Below, in pieces: positions 7,720 to 18,700 of a stretch of DNA of 64,000 nucleotides (positions are counted from its first letter, which is position 1; each line of letters begins with the position of its first letter). Both the position numbers and the translations under genes were made by a program. The stretch comes from an uncultured virus (IMG/VR IMGVR_UViG_3300046007_007003) (lineage: Duplodnaviria; Heunggongvirae; Uroviricota; Caudoviricetes). A model generated the notes under the pieces. It was not told the origin of the DNA. It saw nothing but the letters and a program-made list of their open reading frames with translations, and ran no database searches. Location of the stretch: IMG/VR virus record IMGVR_UViG_3300046007_007003, one strand, 5' to 3'.

Positions 7720-9254
7720 AACGGGATCTCCTTTCCGTTTCCAAACATGGGCGCAGCTATGTCGACGTCGGCCACTTCGAAGGCCGGAATCTGCCAGACG
7801 CGGACCGCGCGGCCTTTGATCTTGAGGACGATACTTTCGCCGTTGATGTCCCGCAGGCGCTGGGCAATCTTGTGGCTCTTGTATTCGAAGAACTTGTTCT
7901 TCTTGAGGAAGCCTTCCAAGTCCTTGAGTCGGAAGTAGGTCAGGCCGCGATCTTCGTCTGTCCACGGGCGGCGAAGCAGGATTTCTTCCCTGTCCTGCGC
8001 CTGTTGCAGGTGTCGGCAGAACTCTTCAAGGAAGTCGTAGAACTGGCCGGACACGCTGGCATCCTGCGCCACTTCGATGATGGCGCTTTCGTTGTCGCGC
8101 ATCTCCGACAGAAGGCGGCTGATTTGTCCCTCCCACGTCGACTTGTTGACCGTGCGCGGCATGAAGTTGAGTTGCTCGGTGCAGGCCTTCTGAAACGCCC
8201 CTTGGTTCATCAGCGCTTCCGTGTCGATCTCCAGCGGCTCTCCGTTGACGTCGAGGAACCAGACCGGAGGCGTCGAGTTGTACTTTCTCAGGTTGGCGAT
8301 GGTCGCCCCTTGCACGGCAGAGTTGACGCCAAACTTCTTCGTGCGGCAGAGTTCCTTGTTGCAGTACGCCTTGATGGGCGCGTCACTGCACTTGTAGGTG
8401 TAGTCTTTCTTGTTCAGTTGCTTGGCGACTGTGTTGACCTCATTCAAGGGCAACGGCGGGTCGATGTACTCCATGTTGTAACGCAGGATCTCGCTCTCCC
8501 ACGTTTCGACGTACGCTTGGCGCAAAAACACTCCAAAGTCGAACAGGCCGTTGTTGCGCGCGCCCTCTCCGACCTTGATCCTCATCAGCGCCTGCAAACA
8601 CGGCGGTGCGTGCTCAATCATCGGGTCGCTGATGCTGTCGGTATTCTGCAAACGAAGGATCTGCTCCGGCGTCTGTACATACTGCTGGTATAGCCCGACG
8701 AACTCTTCCAGCGTGGCGGAAGTGCCATCGTCGTGGAAGGCGTAGCGCAGCCCGTCCTCCGCGTCGTAGTACGGCAGGTTCAGGAAGTTGCCGACGTCCC
8801 CGCGCTCAAGGTTGAGTTTGACCTGCTTGGGGAAGATTTCGCTGTCGCTGTACCCAAGCGTGGAGGCAAGGCATTGCAGGGAGTTCTGCATGTCTCGCGC
8901 TTCGATCCACTCTGTGGCGAACAGGAAGCAGTGCGCCCCGCCGCTCTTTGAACGGCAGACGACGAGCGGCAGCTTTTGCCGCCGGATGCTCTGCATCAGC
9001 GCCGCGTGGTCCAGCGGATATTGGTCGATGTCGATGCAGCCCCACTTGCACATGTTCTGCGCGTTGATGGGGATGATGCCAAGGGAGGCGCCCTTGCCCG
9101 ACAGGTGGTTTTCCCACAGGGCCGTGGTCCGCGGTTCGCGGAGTATGCCTGCCTTGCCTTTGTTCTTGCCGTTGGCTTCTAGTTTTTCGATTTTGTAGTA
9201 GCCATAGGCTTCTTCTAGGCCATCGAAGATGGCCATGAATTTCTGCGTCAGCAT
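7716..9254 (-). CDS. AEP-type primase with PriCT-like domain
   Basis: WGCIDID, RSKSGGAH, GNFLNLPY, PPCL...GEGARN. Confidence 0.8.
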   Translation of the reverse strand: MLTQKFMAIFDGLEEAYGYYKIEKLEANGKNKGKAGILREPRTTALWENHLSGKGASLGIIPINAQNMCKWGCIDIDQYPLDHAALMQSIRRQKLPLVVCRSKSGGAHCFLFATEWIEARDMQNSLQCLASTLGYSDSEIFPKQVKLNLERGDVGNFLNLPYYDAEDGLRYAFHDDGTSATLEEFVGLYQQYVQTPEQILRLQNTDSISDPMIEHAPPCLQALMRIKVGEGARNNGLFDFGVFLRQAYVETWESEILRYNMEYIDPPLPLNEVNTVAKQLNKKDYTYKCSDAPIKAYCNKELCRTKKFGVNSAVQGATIANLRKYNSTPPVWFLDVNGEPLEIDTEALMNQGAFQKACTEQLNFMPRTVNKSTWEGQISRLLSEMRDNESAIIEVAQDASVSGQFYDFLEEFCRHLQQAQDREEILLRRPWTDEDRGLTYFRLKDLEGFLKKNKFFEYKSHKIAQRLRDINGESIVLKIKGRAVRVWQIPAFEVADVDIAAPMFGNGKEIPF

Positions 9255-9307
9255 TGTGTCCTCGCGGGGTGTGTAGGGCGCCCCTGTGCGGGACGCCCTT
9301 GTCGCGA

Positions 9308-10090
9308 TCAGAACGGGATATCTGCTTCGTTCCGGTCTTCTTCGTCAACGTGACGGACGACGACATCGCCAGCGAGGATGGAGTTCGCGAAGTCTCTGGC
9401 GCGTTTGTAGAGGCTTGCGTCGGTTACGGGGCCTTCGAGGGCGACCTCCCATCCGTGCCACGAGCCTTTGGAGTTCTCCTCTGCCACGGATTTGAGCAGG
9501 TAGACGTGTGAGAAGCGCGGCGGCGTGAAGGGGCCGTTCTTCCCGACCATGGAGCGGCTCTGGATCATGGAGTTCCACTTCCGCGACTTCTTGAGTTGCG
9601 TGGACTTCATGGCGATGAGCGCCGTTTCCGCCGAGCCATCCGGGTTGAGCACGATGACGAAGTGCTGGTGCGTCTCGTCGATATAATCGCCGTTTCCGCC
9701 AACGACGTACTCGCGATTGTCCTCGGCGCTACGCTGCGTTTTCGGACGCTCTTGGTCGGGGTCGTAGATCGCGCGCGGTGCGCCAGTTCCGGATCCGCGC
9801 GGTGCCCACTGGATGAACCTGCGCTGGTAGGCGCATGGGATGACGCGGATGCCTTCCTTGCCCTTGTACGCCTGACCGGACACGGTGTTGAGAATGTCGC
9901 CCTTGCGGACGTCTTCGCGGGTGTCGAGGATCGTATCTAGGCCGGATACGATCTTGAGGAACGGGAGGGCGAGATCTTCCTGCCCCATGTTCTCCATGCC
10001 GCGCCCTGCGTCGGCTTCGAACATCGACGGATCGAAAGCGGCGACGGCCGTCTCGTTCGCGGTAGCCACCGCTGTGCTGGGTTTTGCCAT
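9308..10090 (-). CDS. Probable single-stranded DNA-binding protein
   Basis: DLALPFLK, MKSTQLKKSRKWNS, acidic DIPF tail; lies in the replication block. Confidence 0.6.
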   Translation of the reverse strand: MAKPSTAVATANETAVAAFDPSMFEADAGRGMENMGQEDLALPFLKIVSGLDTILDTREDVRKGDILNTVSGQAYKGKEGIRVIPCAYQRRFIQWAPRGSGTGAPRAIYDPDQERPKTQRSAEDNREYVVGGNGDYIDETHQHFVIVLNPDGSAETALIAMKSTQLKKSRKWNSMIQSRSMVGKNGPFTPPRFSHVYLLKSVAEENSKGSWHGWEVALEGPVTDASLYKRARDFANSILAGDVVVRHVDEEDRNEADIPF

Positions 10091-10091
10091 T

Positions 10092-10679
10092 TCACTTGTC
10101 CTTCTTGACGGTTGCATTCTTGATGACGGCGCGCTGTCCAACAAAGGCGCCGAAGAGGTCCATGGGCAGTTCGTCGCCCGTTTCCACGCGCTCGCGGACG
10201 AACGCCTTGAGCGTCATTGCGTGGACCTCGGTCTTGGTGTCCGGCGCAAGACCCATGCGACGGATGCTGTCAGTGAATTTCGCGGCCTTATCATCCTCCC
10301 CGCGCCCGAAGGAACAGGCGACGGTGTTCTTGATGATGTCGTCATAGCCGTTCTCGCGCAGCCAAGCGAAGGCCTCTTCCCGGCGGTCGACGGGGATGGA
10401 CGCGCCGTAGATCTGCGTCAGCTTGATCTTGCTGCCGTCGTCGAGCTTCATCTCGGCGATGCCGAGTTCCTCCAGAACTGCGGGCAGTTCTTCGTCAGTC
10501 AACTTCAAGTACTGCTTCTTGAGCGAACTCAGCGCTGCCTCCGCCGTTTCGATCTCCTGTTCCATGTCGCGCATCTTGCGTGCAAGGATGGAGACTGCGG
10601 ACAGGGCAGACCCTCCGAGGTTCTGCGCGGCGACGGAGGGCGCTTCGTCCTCCATCATGGCAAGTATGTCGTTGTTCAT
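10092..10679 (-). CDS. Conserved phage replication-module protein
   Basis: AFAWLRENGYDDIIK and VHAMTLKAFVRE motifs; AAGGA RBS. Confidence 0.7.
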   Translation of the reverse strand: MNNDILAMMEDEAPSVAAQNLGGSALSAVSILARKMRDMEQEIETAEAALSSLKKQYLKLTDEELPAVLEELGIAEMKLDDGSKIKLTQIYGASIPVDRREEAFAWLRENGYDDIIKNTVACSFGRGEDDKAAKFTDSIRRMGLAPDTKTEVHAMTLKAFVRERVETGDELPMDLFGAFVGQRAVIKNATVKKDK

Positions 10680-10723
10680 CAGACGTCCTTTCGTGCTTCG
10701 TGTGTCGTGCCAGCCCGTCGGGG

Positions 10724-10765
10724 TTGACAAGTTCGCATAAGATCCGATACGTTCCCCCGTGTCAA
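10724..10765. promoter_or_regulatory. Divergent promoter region
   Basis: TTGACA on + (10724-10729) and on - (10765-10760), with TCGCATA (10733-10739) between, at the switch in gene orientation. Confidence 0.55.
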
Positions 10766-10777
10766 GGGAGAATTTCG

Positions 10778-12229
10778 ATGCTCAGATACAGCTACAAGAC
10801 CACCCCGTACGCTCACCAGAAGGACGTGCTCGAAAAATCGTGGGACGCAGAGTACTGGGGCCTGTTCATGGAAATGGGCACGGGCAAGACGAAGGTCGCC
10901 ATCGACAACATGGCCGCGCTGTTCTTCGCGGGCAAGGTCAGGGCGGCACTCATCTTGGCACCGAAAGGCGTGTACGACAACTGGGCAAAAGGCGAAATCC
11001 CCGCCCACCTCCCGGACAGCGTTCCGCGGCGCGTGGTCCGTTGGGAGCCCAAAGAGAGCAAGGCCTATCTCAAGGAACTGACCGCCCTGATCGACGAAGA
11101 CATGGCGGCTCTGAAGATCCTCGTTATGAACATCGAAGCGATGTCCACGGCCAAGGGAACCAAGGTTGCGGAACTCTTCCTGCGCCGGAACCCCGCCAAC
11201 ATCATGGTCGTCGACGAGAGCACGACCATCAAGAACCGCACCGCCGCGAGAACCAAGGCCGTGGTCCGCGTAGGCCGAGCCTTCGCCCGCTATCGGCGGC
11301 TTCTGACAGGCTCTCCCGTCACCAAGAACCCTATGGACCTCTACAGCCAGTGCATGTTCTTGGAGGACAAGGCTCTGGGCTTCTCATCCTACTTCTCCTT
11401 CCAGAACCGCTACGCCCATGTCGTCCGGCGGACGATGGGGCACAGGTCGTTCCAAGAGATCGTCGGCTACCAGCGCCTCGACGAGTTGTCCAAGAAGCTG
11501 GCCAAGTTTTCGTCTCGCGTGCTCAAAGAGGACTGCCTCGATATACCCGAAAAGGTGTATATGCGACGAGATGTCGCGCTCACCCCGGAACAGGACAGCG
11601 CGTACCTCCAGATGAAGAAGCTCGCCCTCGCCCAACTGGCCAGCGGCGAACTCGCAACTACCGCCAGCGTCCTCACGCAGATCATGCGGCTCCAGCAAAT
11701 CTGTTGCGGATTCCTGACAGACGACAACGGCACCATGCACCAACTGCCAAGCAACCGCCTGTCAGAACTGCTCGACGTCGTCGAGGAAATCGACGGGAAG
11801 GCCATCATCTGGGCAACGTGGACCGCGGATCTCCTTCGAATCACCGAGGCCCTGCGCAAGCGCTTCGGGCCCGAATCGGCCGCAACCTACTACGGCGCAA
11901 CCGTTCAGGACGAACGGCAGGCCACCATCCAACGGTTCCAAGATCCGCAGAACCCCCTGCGATTCTTCGTCGGGCAACCAAAGACAGGCGGCTACGGCAT
12001 CACGCTGACCGCCGCCAGCACCGTCATCTACTACTCAAACAGCTACGACCTCGAAATCAGGCTACAGTCCGAGGACCGCGCACACCGAATCGGGCAGAAG
12101 CGTAACGTCACCTACGTCGACCTTGTCGCACCGGGGACCATCGACGAGAAGATCCTCAAGGCCCTGCGCGACAAGATCGACATATCCAGCCAAGTGCTGG
12201 GGGAGCAGGCTAGGCAGTGGCTACTCTGA
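10778..12229 (+). CDS. SNF2-like SF2 helicase
   Basis: EMGTGKT, VDES, LTGSP, GGYGITLT, QSEDRAHRIGQ. Confidence 0.92.
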   Translation: MLRYSYKTTPYAHQKDVLEKSWDAEYWGLFMEMGTGKTKVAIDNMAALFFAGKVRAALILAPKGVYDNWAKGEIPAHLPDSVPRRVVRWEPKESKAYLKELTALIDEDMAALKILVMNIEAMSTAKGTKVAELFLRRNPANIMVVDESTTIKNRTAARTKAVVRVGRAFARYRRLLTGSPVTKNPMDLYSQCMFLEDKALGFSSYFSFQNRYAHVVRRTMGHRSFQEIVGYQRLDELSKKLAKFSSRVLKEDCLDIPEKVYMRRDVALTPEQDSAYLQMKKLALAQLASGELATTASVLTQIMRLQQICCGFLTDDNGTMHQLPSNRLSELLDVVEEIDGKAIIWATWTADLLRITEALRKRFGPESAATYYGATVQDERQATIQRFQDPQNPLRFFVGQPKTGGYGITLTAASTVIYYSNSYDLEIRLQSEDRAHRIGQKRNVTYVDLVAPGTIDEKILKALRDKIDISSQVLGEQARQWLL

Positions 12230-15200
12230 CGACAGCCATCCCGGTCCCGCCAACCCGAGGATGCCAGCACTTTGTTGAGACTGGATCAGTGGCGAGACAA
12301 TGTCGGACGGGAATAAGGCAGAGTAGGCGGACCTCGTCTGTTGGGTGGGTGCCGCCGCCCGTCCAACGGGAGGAGATGTAACGGGCGGCGGCGGTCCCGC
12401 GGGCGCTGCGGGAGGGGCTGGAGGAGGAGGGGGAGCAACTCTTGTTCCAGCAGCAGGCGCGGGCGGGACAGGGGTAGTCGGGACAACCTGTTCTTCTTCG
12501 ACGGGGATCTCATACTCAGGACGAGCGATTTCACGAGCGACCCCCGGCACCGCGCGACGAACAGGCGCGAACCCGGCATCAACGAAGAAATTGGAAATTC
12601 TTTCCGCGAGGCGCATACTTTCGCGCTCGGTTCGCGGCTTACGCATCATGGCAGCGAGAAGTTCCGGATTTCGCATCATCTCAGACATGACGTCAGTCTT
12701 GAGCGCCGCAGGCATCTGGGAGAATAGGCGGCGCATTGTTTCGGCGCCCTTCCCAGCAGCGATCAGTGATCCGGGGCCCCCACCACCTGAAATCAAAGCC
12801 TGCGCTCTAGTACCAATCGCAGAACCCGTGATCGCAAGGTAGAAGTCTAGGATCGGGCCAGCTTGCTCAACAAGTTGACCTATATTTCCGGATGCCTCGG
12901 CAGCCTCCAGTTTCACCATTTCTTGAAGGAAGGACTGAATCCTGTCTACCTCTTCCTGCGAAGAGACGCCTTTGGACACCATCCATTCCGAGAGTTTTAC
13001 CCTGTTCTCGGAGCCGGGAAGCGGCATGAACATCGCTTCGTACATGGCAGACGGGCTGAAGGTTTGTTTGCTCGTCCCACCCGCCCGAGTTGTAGCCCAC
13101 TCAACGATGGCCGATTTCAATCCCGTCATCGCCGGGCCGCGAAGGTCTTCCGGAGCGCTTTCGACATAGCCAAGAAGTGTGTTCAGCGAACTGATCGGCC
13201 TCTTGTTGCCGGAGGACAGCGCACGAGCAATCGCGGCCGTCGGACTTTCCGGTCCACCCGCGGACGGCGGCAGGATGTCCATAAAACTGACCTGCCCACG
13301 AAGTTCGGCAAGACGCTCCTTGTTTTGCTGTAGGGTGTCACCAAGAAGAAGGTTGGCTTTCCCTGCGTCCTCAAGATCCGCGCGAACTGCCGGGAACATG
13401 TCCAGCAATTCCTTGTTTTGCTCCATCCACCGCACCAAAGAACGGCGATTCACCGTTCCGGCTTCTGGATCAAAAGCCGCGGCGCGTGCATTACGGATCA
13501 GTTTTTCCGTGACGCCCATGATGCTGTTGGCTACACGATCCGCCTCTGGAAGTTCTTCGCGAAGGGCAAACTGGCCAATCTCGTTGATCTGCTCAATGCG
13601 GAGATATGTCGGATCGTTGCCGCCTTGGAATAGACGAGTAGCAAGAAGTTCCGGAGCGATCCTTTCCGCCCCTGTCCGTTCCGTTTGGAGGGCTTTCCCC
13701 CCAAACGCACGGGTGAAGGTGTCGTTTAGAGAACGGGAATAAGACCGCGCGATGGAATATGAAGTATCCGGGCTGTCCCCAAGCGCGTTCTCAAGATCGA
13801 GAAGCATGGCGTCTGCCATGTCGAAGGCCACCCGTGCTTCATTCGTCTTTCCGACGGCGTTCAGCGCCCGGCCCCTCCTTAAAGCAAGCGAGCGCATTTC
13901 GACGAGTTCCTCTGTCGTCAAAACTCCCGGTTGCGTAGGCGGATTGGCACCAAGACCAAGTTCGTCCGTCTTACGCTTGACGAAAGCGCCAAGTTCTGGA
14001 GTCCCCATTTCCGACAAAAGGTTGGTTCTGGCTTCCGGAGTAGCAGGAAGAAGCCTGTTCCACGTCGTAATGAAGTTTGGAGCGTTGACGACGTTTCCAT
14101 CAGCATCCATGAACGTCGACACAACCGCGGTTGGAACACTGTTCCAGAGGCGACGCTCTTTCAACCGCGCTTGCGCCAGTTGCTCCGAGGTCACGTCAAA
14201 CAGCTTTTCAGACAGCTGCATGTTCGTTTCAGGGCTTTCCCCGCGAACTCGGTCAAATGCCGCAAGGACGTTGTCCGTCGCCGTTGTGAGATTGCTAGAC
14301 AGTTCAGCGTCAAAAATGTCTTTTGACAGCGAACCAACTTGCTGAAGAGCTTGCTGGTCGCCAGTCTGAGCCATTGCGATGATGACATTGCGCAGAGCCT
14401 TGATGCCCTGCTGACTGGCAGCAGTCCTCTCCCTACCTAGCGTCGAACCAAGTTGATCCAACGAGGCTTCAATGGCAAGAAGCGCAGGACTACCGGCCTT
14501 CATTCCCGCAGTAAGGGGAATCGGTTTCCCGTCTGCGTCAACAAGATACTGTGAGATCTCGTTAGATGAGAGGCGCTCTATAATAGCATCAACGTCCTCA
14601 CCCTCTGCTTCGAGAACAGAGATGATCTTGTTAACGGCTTCCCGCTGGCGAGCCTCTGCCATCGGGGAAAGAGCCGCTCCGACCTTTTCGGCCATGCCCG
14701 GCCCCGCCGCACGATACCGTTCGCGCGCAGCGACAAAAGCGTTTCGGAGGTCTCCGTTCGTAATCGCCGTCCCAAACGTAGAAAACGGGGCCGATACAGC
14801 CGTCGCGCCAAGACCCCCCGCAATTTCAGACACTACCCGTGGTATTGGTTGGCCGGGAAACTGCTGCTCTGCAAATCCGGCTCCAGCGACTTGACCTGCC
14901 CCCGCAAGAGTTTCCAAAGCAAGCGTCGTCTTCGGTGCTCCGCGGGCCGCGGAACCCGTCCTGTCAAGCAGGCGCTCCATGCCTTGAACGATGCGCACGC
15001 TTCGCGGGCCAGCCGCTCCTGTCGTTTTGGCGAGGTTGTCGAGATATTGAGCCGCGCCAAACTGCACCCCTTTGCCGATGACAAAGGGCGTCGGAAGAAA
15101 TCCTATGACGCCTGCCGCAGTCTTGCCTTGCTCGTATTCTGCCGTGTGGCCCGGAAGAAGTGGGCGCTCTGGTCCAACAAGCGCTTCCGTTACGGCTTCC

Positions 15201-15703
15201 CCCGCAGCCATTCCGCCGAACATTCCAACGATTCCGGAGACGACAGGTATGGCGGCTTTGATGCCAATGGCGACAGGTCCCGCCGGGGGTATGGGCTGCT
15301 GCATGGCAAAGCCCGCCTTAGCCCCGCCAACCATACCGGCGAATCCGCCTGCCGCAGGTGCGATGCCGCGTCCAAAACCGGCGGCAAACGTACCCGCTTG
15401 GATCGGGTCTCCCTGCTCATCAACAGCGAAAAGGGAGATGATTTGGTCGTCGGACAACGCGCGCTCGGCCGGGGGAAGACCTTTATTTTGCGGGTCAAGA
15501 TCAAAAAGACGCGCCGTGCCATTCCGAAGGCTTTCATAGGTAAACAGGTCCCCCTGATCTACCCCGACCTCTTCTGCCAAAGTTCTTGCAATCGCGGCAT
15601 TCGGTTGAGAAGTACCTTCCTCGCGAAGTGCTCTAGCATATGCCTCGAAGGCCGGTTTGCTGAACGTGACGGGAGGAATGTAGGGAACGCTCTGGTCAGC
15701 CAT
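12221..15703 (-). CDS. Large internal virion / DNA ejection protein
   Basis: 1160 aa Ala/Gly-rich helical protein with hydrophobic segments at the end of the structural operon. Confidence 0.6.
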   Translation of the reverse strand: MADQSVPYIPPVTFSKPAFEAYARALREEGTSQPNAAIARTLAEEVGVDQGDLFTYESLRNGTARLFDLDPQNKGLPPAERALSDDQIISLFAVDEQGDPIQAGTFAAGFGRGIAPAAGGFAGMVGGAKAGFAMQQPIPPAGPVAIGIKAAIPVVSGIVGMFGGMAAGEAVTEALVGPERPLLPGHTAEYEQGKTAAGVIGFLPTPFVIGKGVQFGAAQYLDNLAKTTGAAGPRSVRIVQGMERLLDRTGSAARGAPKTTLALETLAGAGQVAGAGFAEQQFPGQPIPRVVSEIAGGLGATAVSAPFSTFGTAITNGDLRNAFVAARERYRAAGPGMAEKVGAALSPMAEARQREAVNKIISVLEAEGEDVDAIIERLSSNEISQYLVDADGKPIPLTAGMKAGSPALLAIEASLDQLGSTLGRERTAASQQGIKALRNVIIAMAQTGDQQALQQVGSLSKDIFDAELSSNLTTATDNVLAAFDRVRGESPETNMQLSEKLFDVTSEQLAQARLKERRLWNSVPTAVVSTFMDADGNVVNAPNFITTWNRLLPATPEARTNLLSEMGTPELGAFVKRKTDELGLGANPPTQPGVLTTEELVEMRSLALRRGRALNAVGKTNEARVAFDMADAMLLDLENALGDSPDTSYSIARSYSRSLNDTFTRAFGGKALQTERTGAERIAPELLATRLFQGGNDPTYLRIEQINEIGQFALREELPEADRVANSIMGVTEKLIRNARAAAFDPEAGTVNRRSLVRWMEQNKELLDMFPAVRADLEDAGKANLLLGDTLQQNKERLAELRGQVSFMDILPPSAGGPESPTAAIARALSSGNKRPISSLNTLLGYVESAPEDLRGPAMTGLKSAIVEWATTRAGGTSKQTFSPSAMYEAMFMPLPGSENRVKLSEWMVSKGVSSQEEVDRIQSFLQEMVKLEAAEASGNIGQLVEQAGPILDFYLAITGSAIGTRAQALISGGGGPGSLIAAGKGAETMRRLFSQMPAALKTDVMSEMMRNPELLAAMMRKPRTERESMRLAERISNFFVDAGFAPVRRAVPGVAREIARPEYEIPVEEEQVVPTTPVPPAPAAGTRVAPPPPPAPPAAPAGPPPPVTSPPVGRAAAPTQQTRSAYSALFPSDIVSPLIQSQQSAGILGLAGPGWLSSE

Positions 15704-15705
15704 TA

Positions 15706-18700
15706 TTACCTCTGCCCGCGAATGAAGTTTCGAAGCGAGTCAACTGTTGCCGACGATGCGCCTTCTCCCTTACGAGGAACTCCGGCGAGCAAGTTTAACA
15801 GCCGCTCAAGTTCATGGTTGTTTGCCAGAACAGCCATCTGAGTTGCATCGTCAAGAATGCGTCCCTCGGACAGGTTGGTCAAGTTTGCCGATAGTTGCTC
15901 TTCGGCGAGAGCCTTTAGCTCAACGAGTTTGTTCGCTTCGGTGCGCGGGTTACGCCAAACAACGTCTGGATTCGGGAATAGTTCCGCCACGCGCTCCATT
16001 TCTGCAACAGGGAACCGCGGGTTGACGACAAGGGCCGATCTCCCAAGAACAGAAATCGCCCTCAGGAACTGCCGGTTTTCCTGTGTGTCTTGGAAGGTTT
16101 CTCTTAGTGCCGGGATTGCGCCGCCGAGCATGGAGTCCATACCCGACGCAAGGGCCGACCACGGGCCAGTGCCGTTGAGAGCGGCTTCCGCAGCATTTCG
16201 CACGAGCGCCTGATCCTCCGGAGAGACGGGCTGCGGGTTGCCGGGATCTCCTGCACGAAGACCACGACCAAGTCGAGCGTTAAGCTCATCCAATTGATCC
16301 CCAGCGGCAGCGCGCAGTCGAGCGCTCTTTTGAACATCCGCAGCAATCGTGTCGCTAAGCGGAACCGCATCCGCGGGCATCGGGGAAATGACCCCTGTTT
16401 CGGACACATACGTCCGTCCCCCGTCGAAGCTGTTGTAGGTGCGGTTTCCGACGAGGAATGCCTTTGCCGTCGGAGTGGCGTCGGTCGGCATGTTGCCGAC
16501 TTCGACGATGGTTGTTCCAGCACTGGCGTTGTCGGCATTCGCTTTTGCGATTGCCGCACGACCTTCCTCTGTCGTGGCGTCGATGGTCGTCGTAAGGCCT
16601 GTACGATTGTCACGAATGACCTTGTAGTCAGGAGTTTGCGCAGGTGGCGCCCCAAACAGAACTTCGGCCTGTTTGGTGACGGGGTCAACGAGGAGCAGTT
16701 GATTGTTAACCTCCCGAAGTTCCCGGGTAGGAGTTTGATATACAACGCGAGCATTTCTTGGATCGGAAACGTCGATCACCGCGCCTTCGACAGTCAGAAG
16801 CCGTGCATCCTCGCCCTTCGGATTTGTGACAAGGACATTGCCTTTTTCATCGTAGACCGTTTGTCCCGGCGAAAGAGTAAACGTCTTCGGCTCGCTGCTC
16901 TTGATGTTTTGGGCGACAAGTCTGCCGCTTTCATCGAACGCCACGGCACCTTCGCCAAGCACAAGCGGAGCGCGCGGGGCTTCGGCGATCACTTCCGCGG
17001 TATCTTGGTCGATAACCTTTTGGCCGGGGGACAGCGTGACGACGTTGCGGACGACCTGACCGGCCGCGACGACGTTGTTGTTCTCGTCCACAAGAACCTG
17101 ATTGGGTCCAAGCAGGTGCTTTTTTGCTTCGGCCGGAGGGCCTTCCGCGATTACGGCGCCTTGTGCATCTTTGACAACCTGCCCAGCGGAAAGCGTGTAG
17201 GTCTGCGGCCTGTCAGGAGACGCCGCGATTACCTCCCCCGTCCGCGCATTGACGACAGTCTGGCCGGGGGACAAAGTGATTGTCTGTGCGGGCAGCGGCG
17301 GGCCTTCCGCGAGGGTCTGGCCTTGCCTGTTAACCACGATCTGACCGGGGGACAGAGTGATTGTCGACTCTTGCGGAGCCGGGCCCTGCGCAATGGTTTG
17401 TCCGGTATTCTGGTCAACTACTATCTGACCGGGGGACAGTGTGAGCGTTTGAGGACGATCCGGAGACGCCGCCACGACACTTCCAGTGCTTGGATTGACG
17501 ACGATTTGACCGGGAGACAACGTAACCATCTGAGGTCGGTCAGGGGCGGAGGCGATCATACGGCCTGTCGCGGCGTCGATCACGGATTCGCCCGCAGAAA
17601 GCTGGACTGTTTTTCTGTCGGGGGCAGGGCCAGCCGCAATCTGTCGCCCGGAGGCGTCGAAGGCTATTTCGCCGACACCTAGAACAAGCGGCTTTTCTGT
17701 AGAAGTGGTGTTCTGCGCAAGAATGTTCCCGCTGGAGTCAGTCAAAACGGCCCCAGACGGAAGAACAACAGGCTTTTCCGCCTCTGCCCCTAGACCAAGG
17801 ACGCCACGTTGTTCTTCTGGCGTAAGTTGCCCGAAGACGCTCATCGGGATGCCCTTGACGGTTTCGGCGGTCTCACTACCAAAAAGCACCCTGCGCTGTT
17901 CTTCAGGCGTAAGTTGCCCGAAGACGCTCATCGGAATGCCCTTGATGTCCGCCTCTGCCCGAGACTGACGAGCCGCAGCCCGCTCCGCACTATATTCCTG
18001 CTGCGCCCCTTGCAGGGCCGCGAGCCGTAAAGCGCGCTCCTCCTGCGCTCGTGCGGCGGCTTGCTGCTGGAGCGACCCGCTCAGACCGCCGAGGTTTGCG
18101 GCGAAGGCCGCTGCTGGCGATGCGCCGCGAAGATCCTCGCCTTGCGGACCACGACCTGCCGCAAATTGCCCGGCCGCTTGCGCGATGGCAAAGAGCGCTT
18201 GTGCTTTGGCCTCTTCGCTACCGCCCGGCCCGAGGACGCTTTGGTACACGGGCAGCATCTCGGAGTAGATTTGACCAAGACGGCCCTGCGCTTCGCCTCC
18301 GACTTGGAAGCGCTGGACAAGACCGCCGTTCCTAAAATTTTGGACGGGCGGCTGCCCAACCTCCGCTTGCGGGGCGCCTGCCATCATAAGCGACCCAACG
18401 CCGCCAGCCATGGGCGTCGGTGCGCCGCCCTCGGTCTCCATTTCGACCTGCCCGACGATGTTCTGCATGAGCTCGCCGATACCACTATCGACAGCGCCCT
18501 GCTCCGTCATCATCAGCGTGGGCTGCACGAGAGCGAGCACACTTTCCGGCGTCTGACGAGCGTCTTGCTCGCCAACGAACTGTGCGAGTTCCGCGTACCG
18601 CGCTTCGATGGGCTTGCTATTGCCGCGCAGTGCGTCGATCAGGCCTTTCGCGTCGGTGGCAGCGTCGATACCGCCCATGGTCTGGGCGAGGTAGTCGATG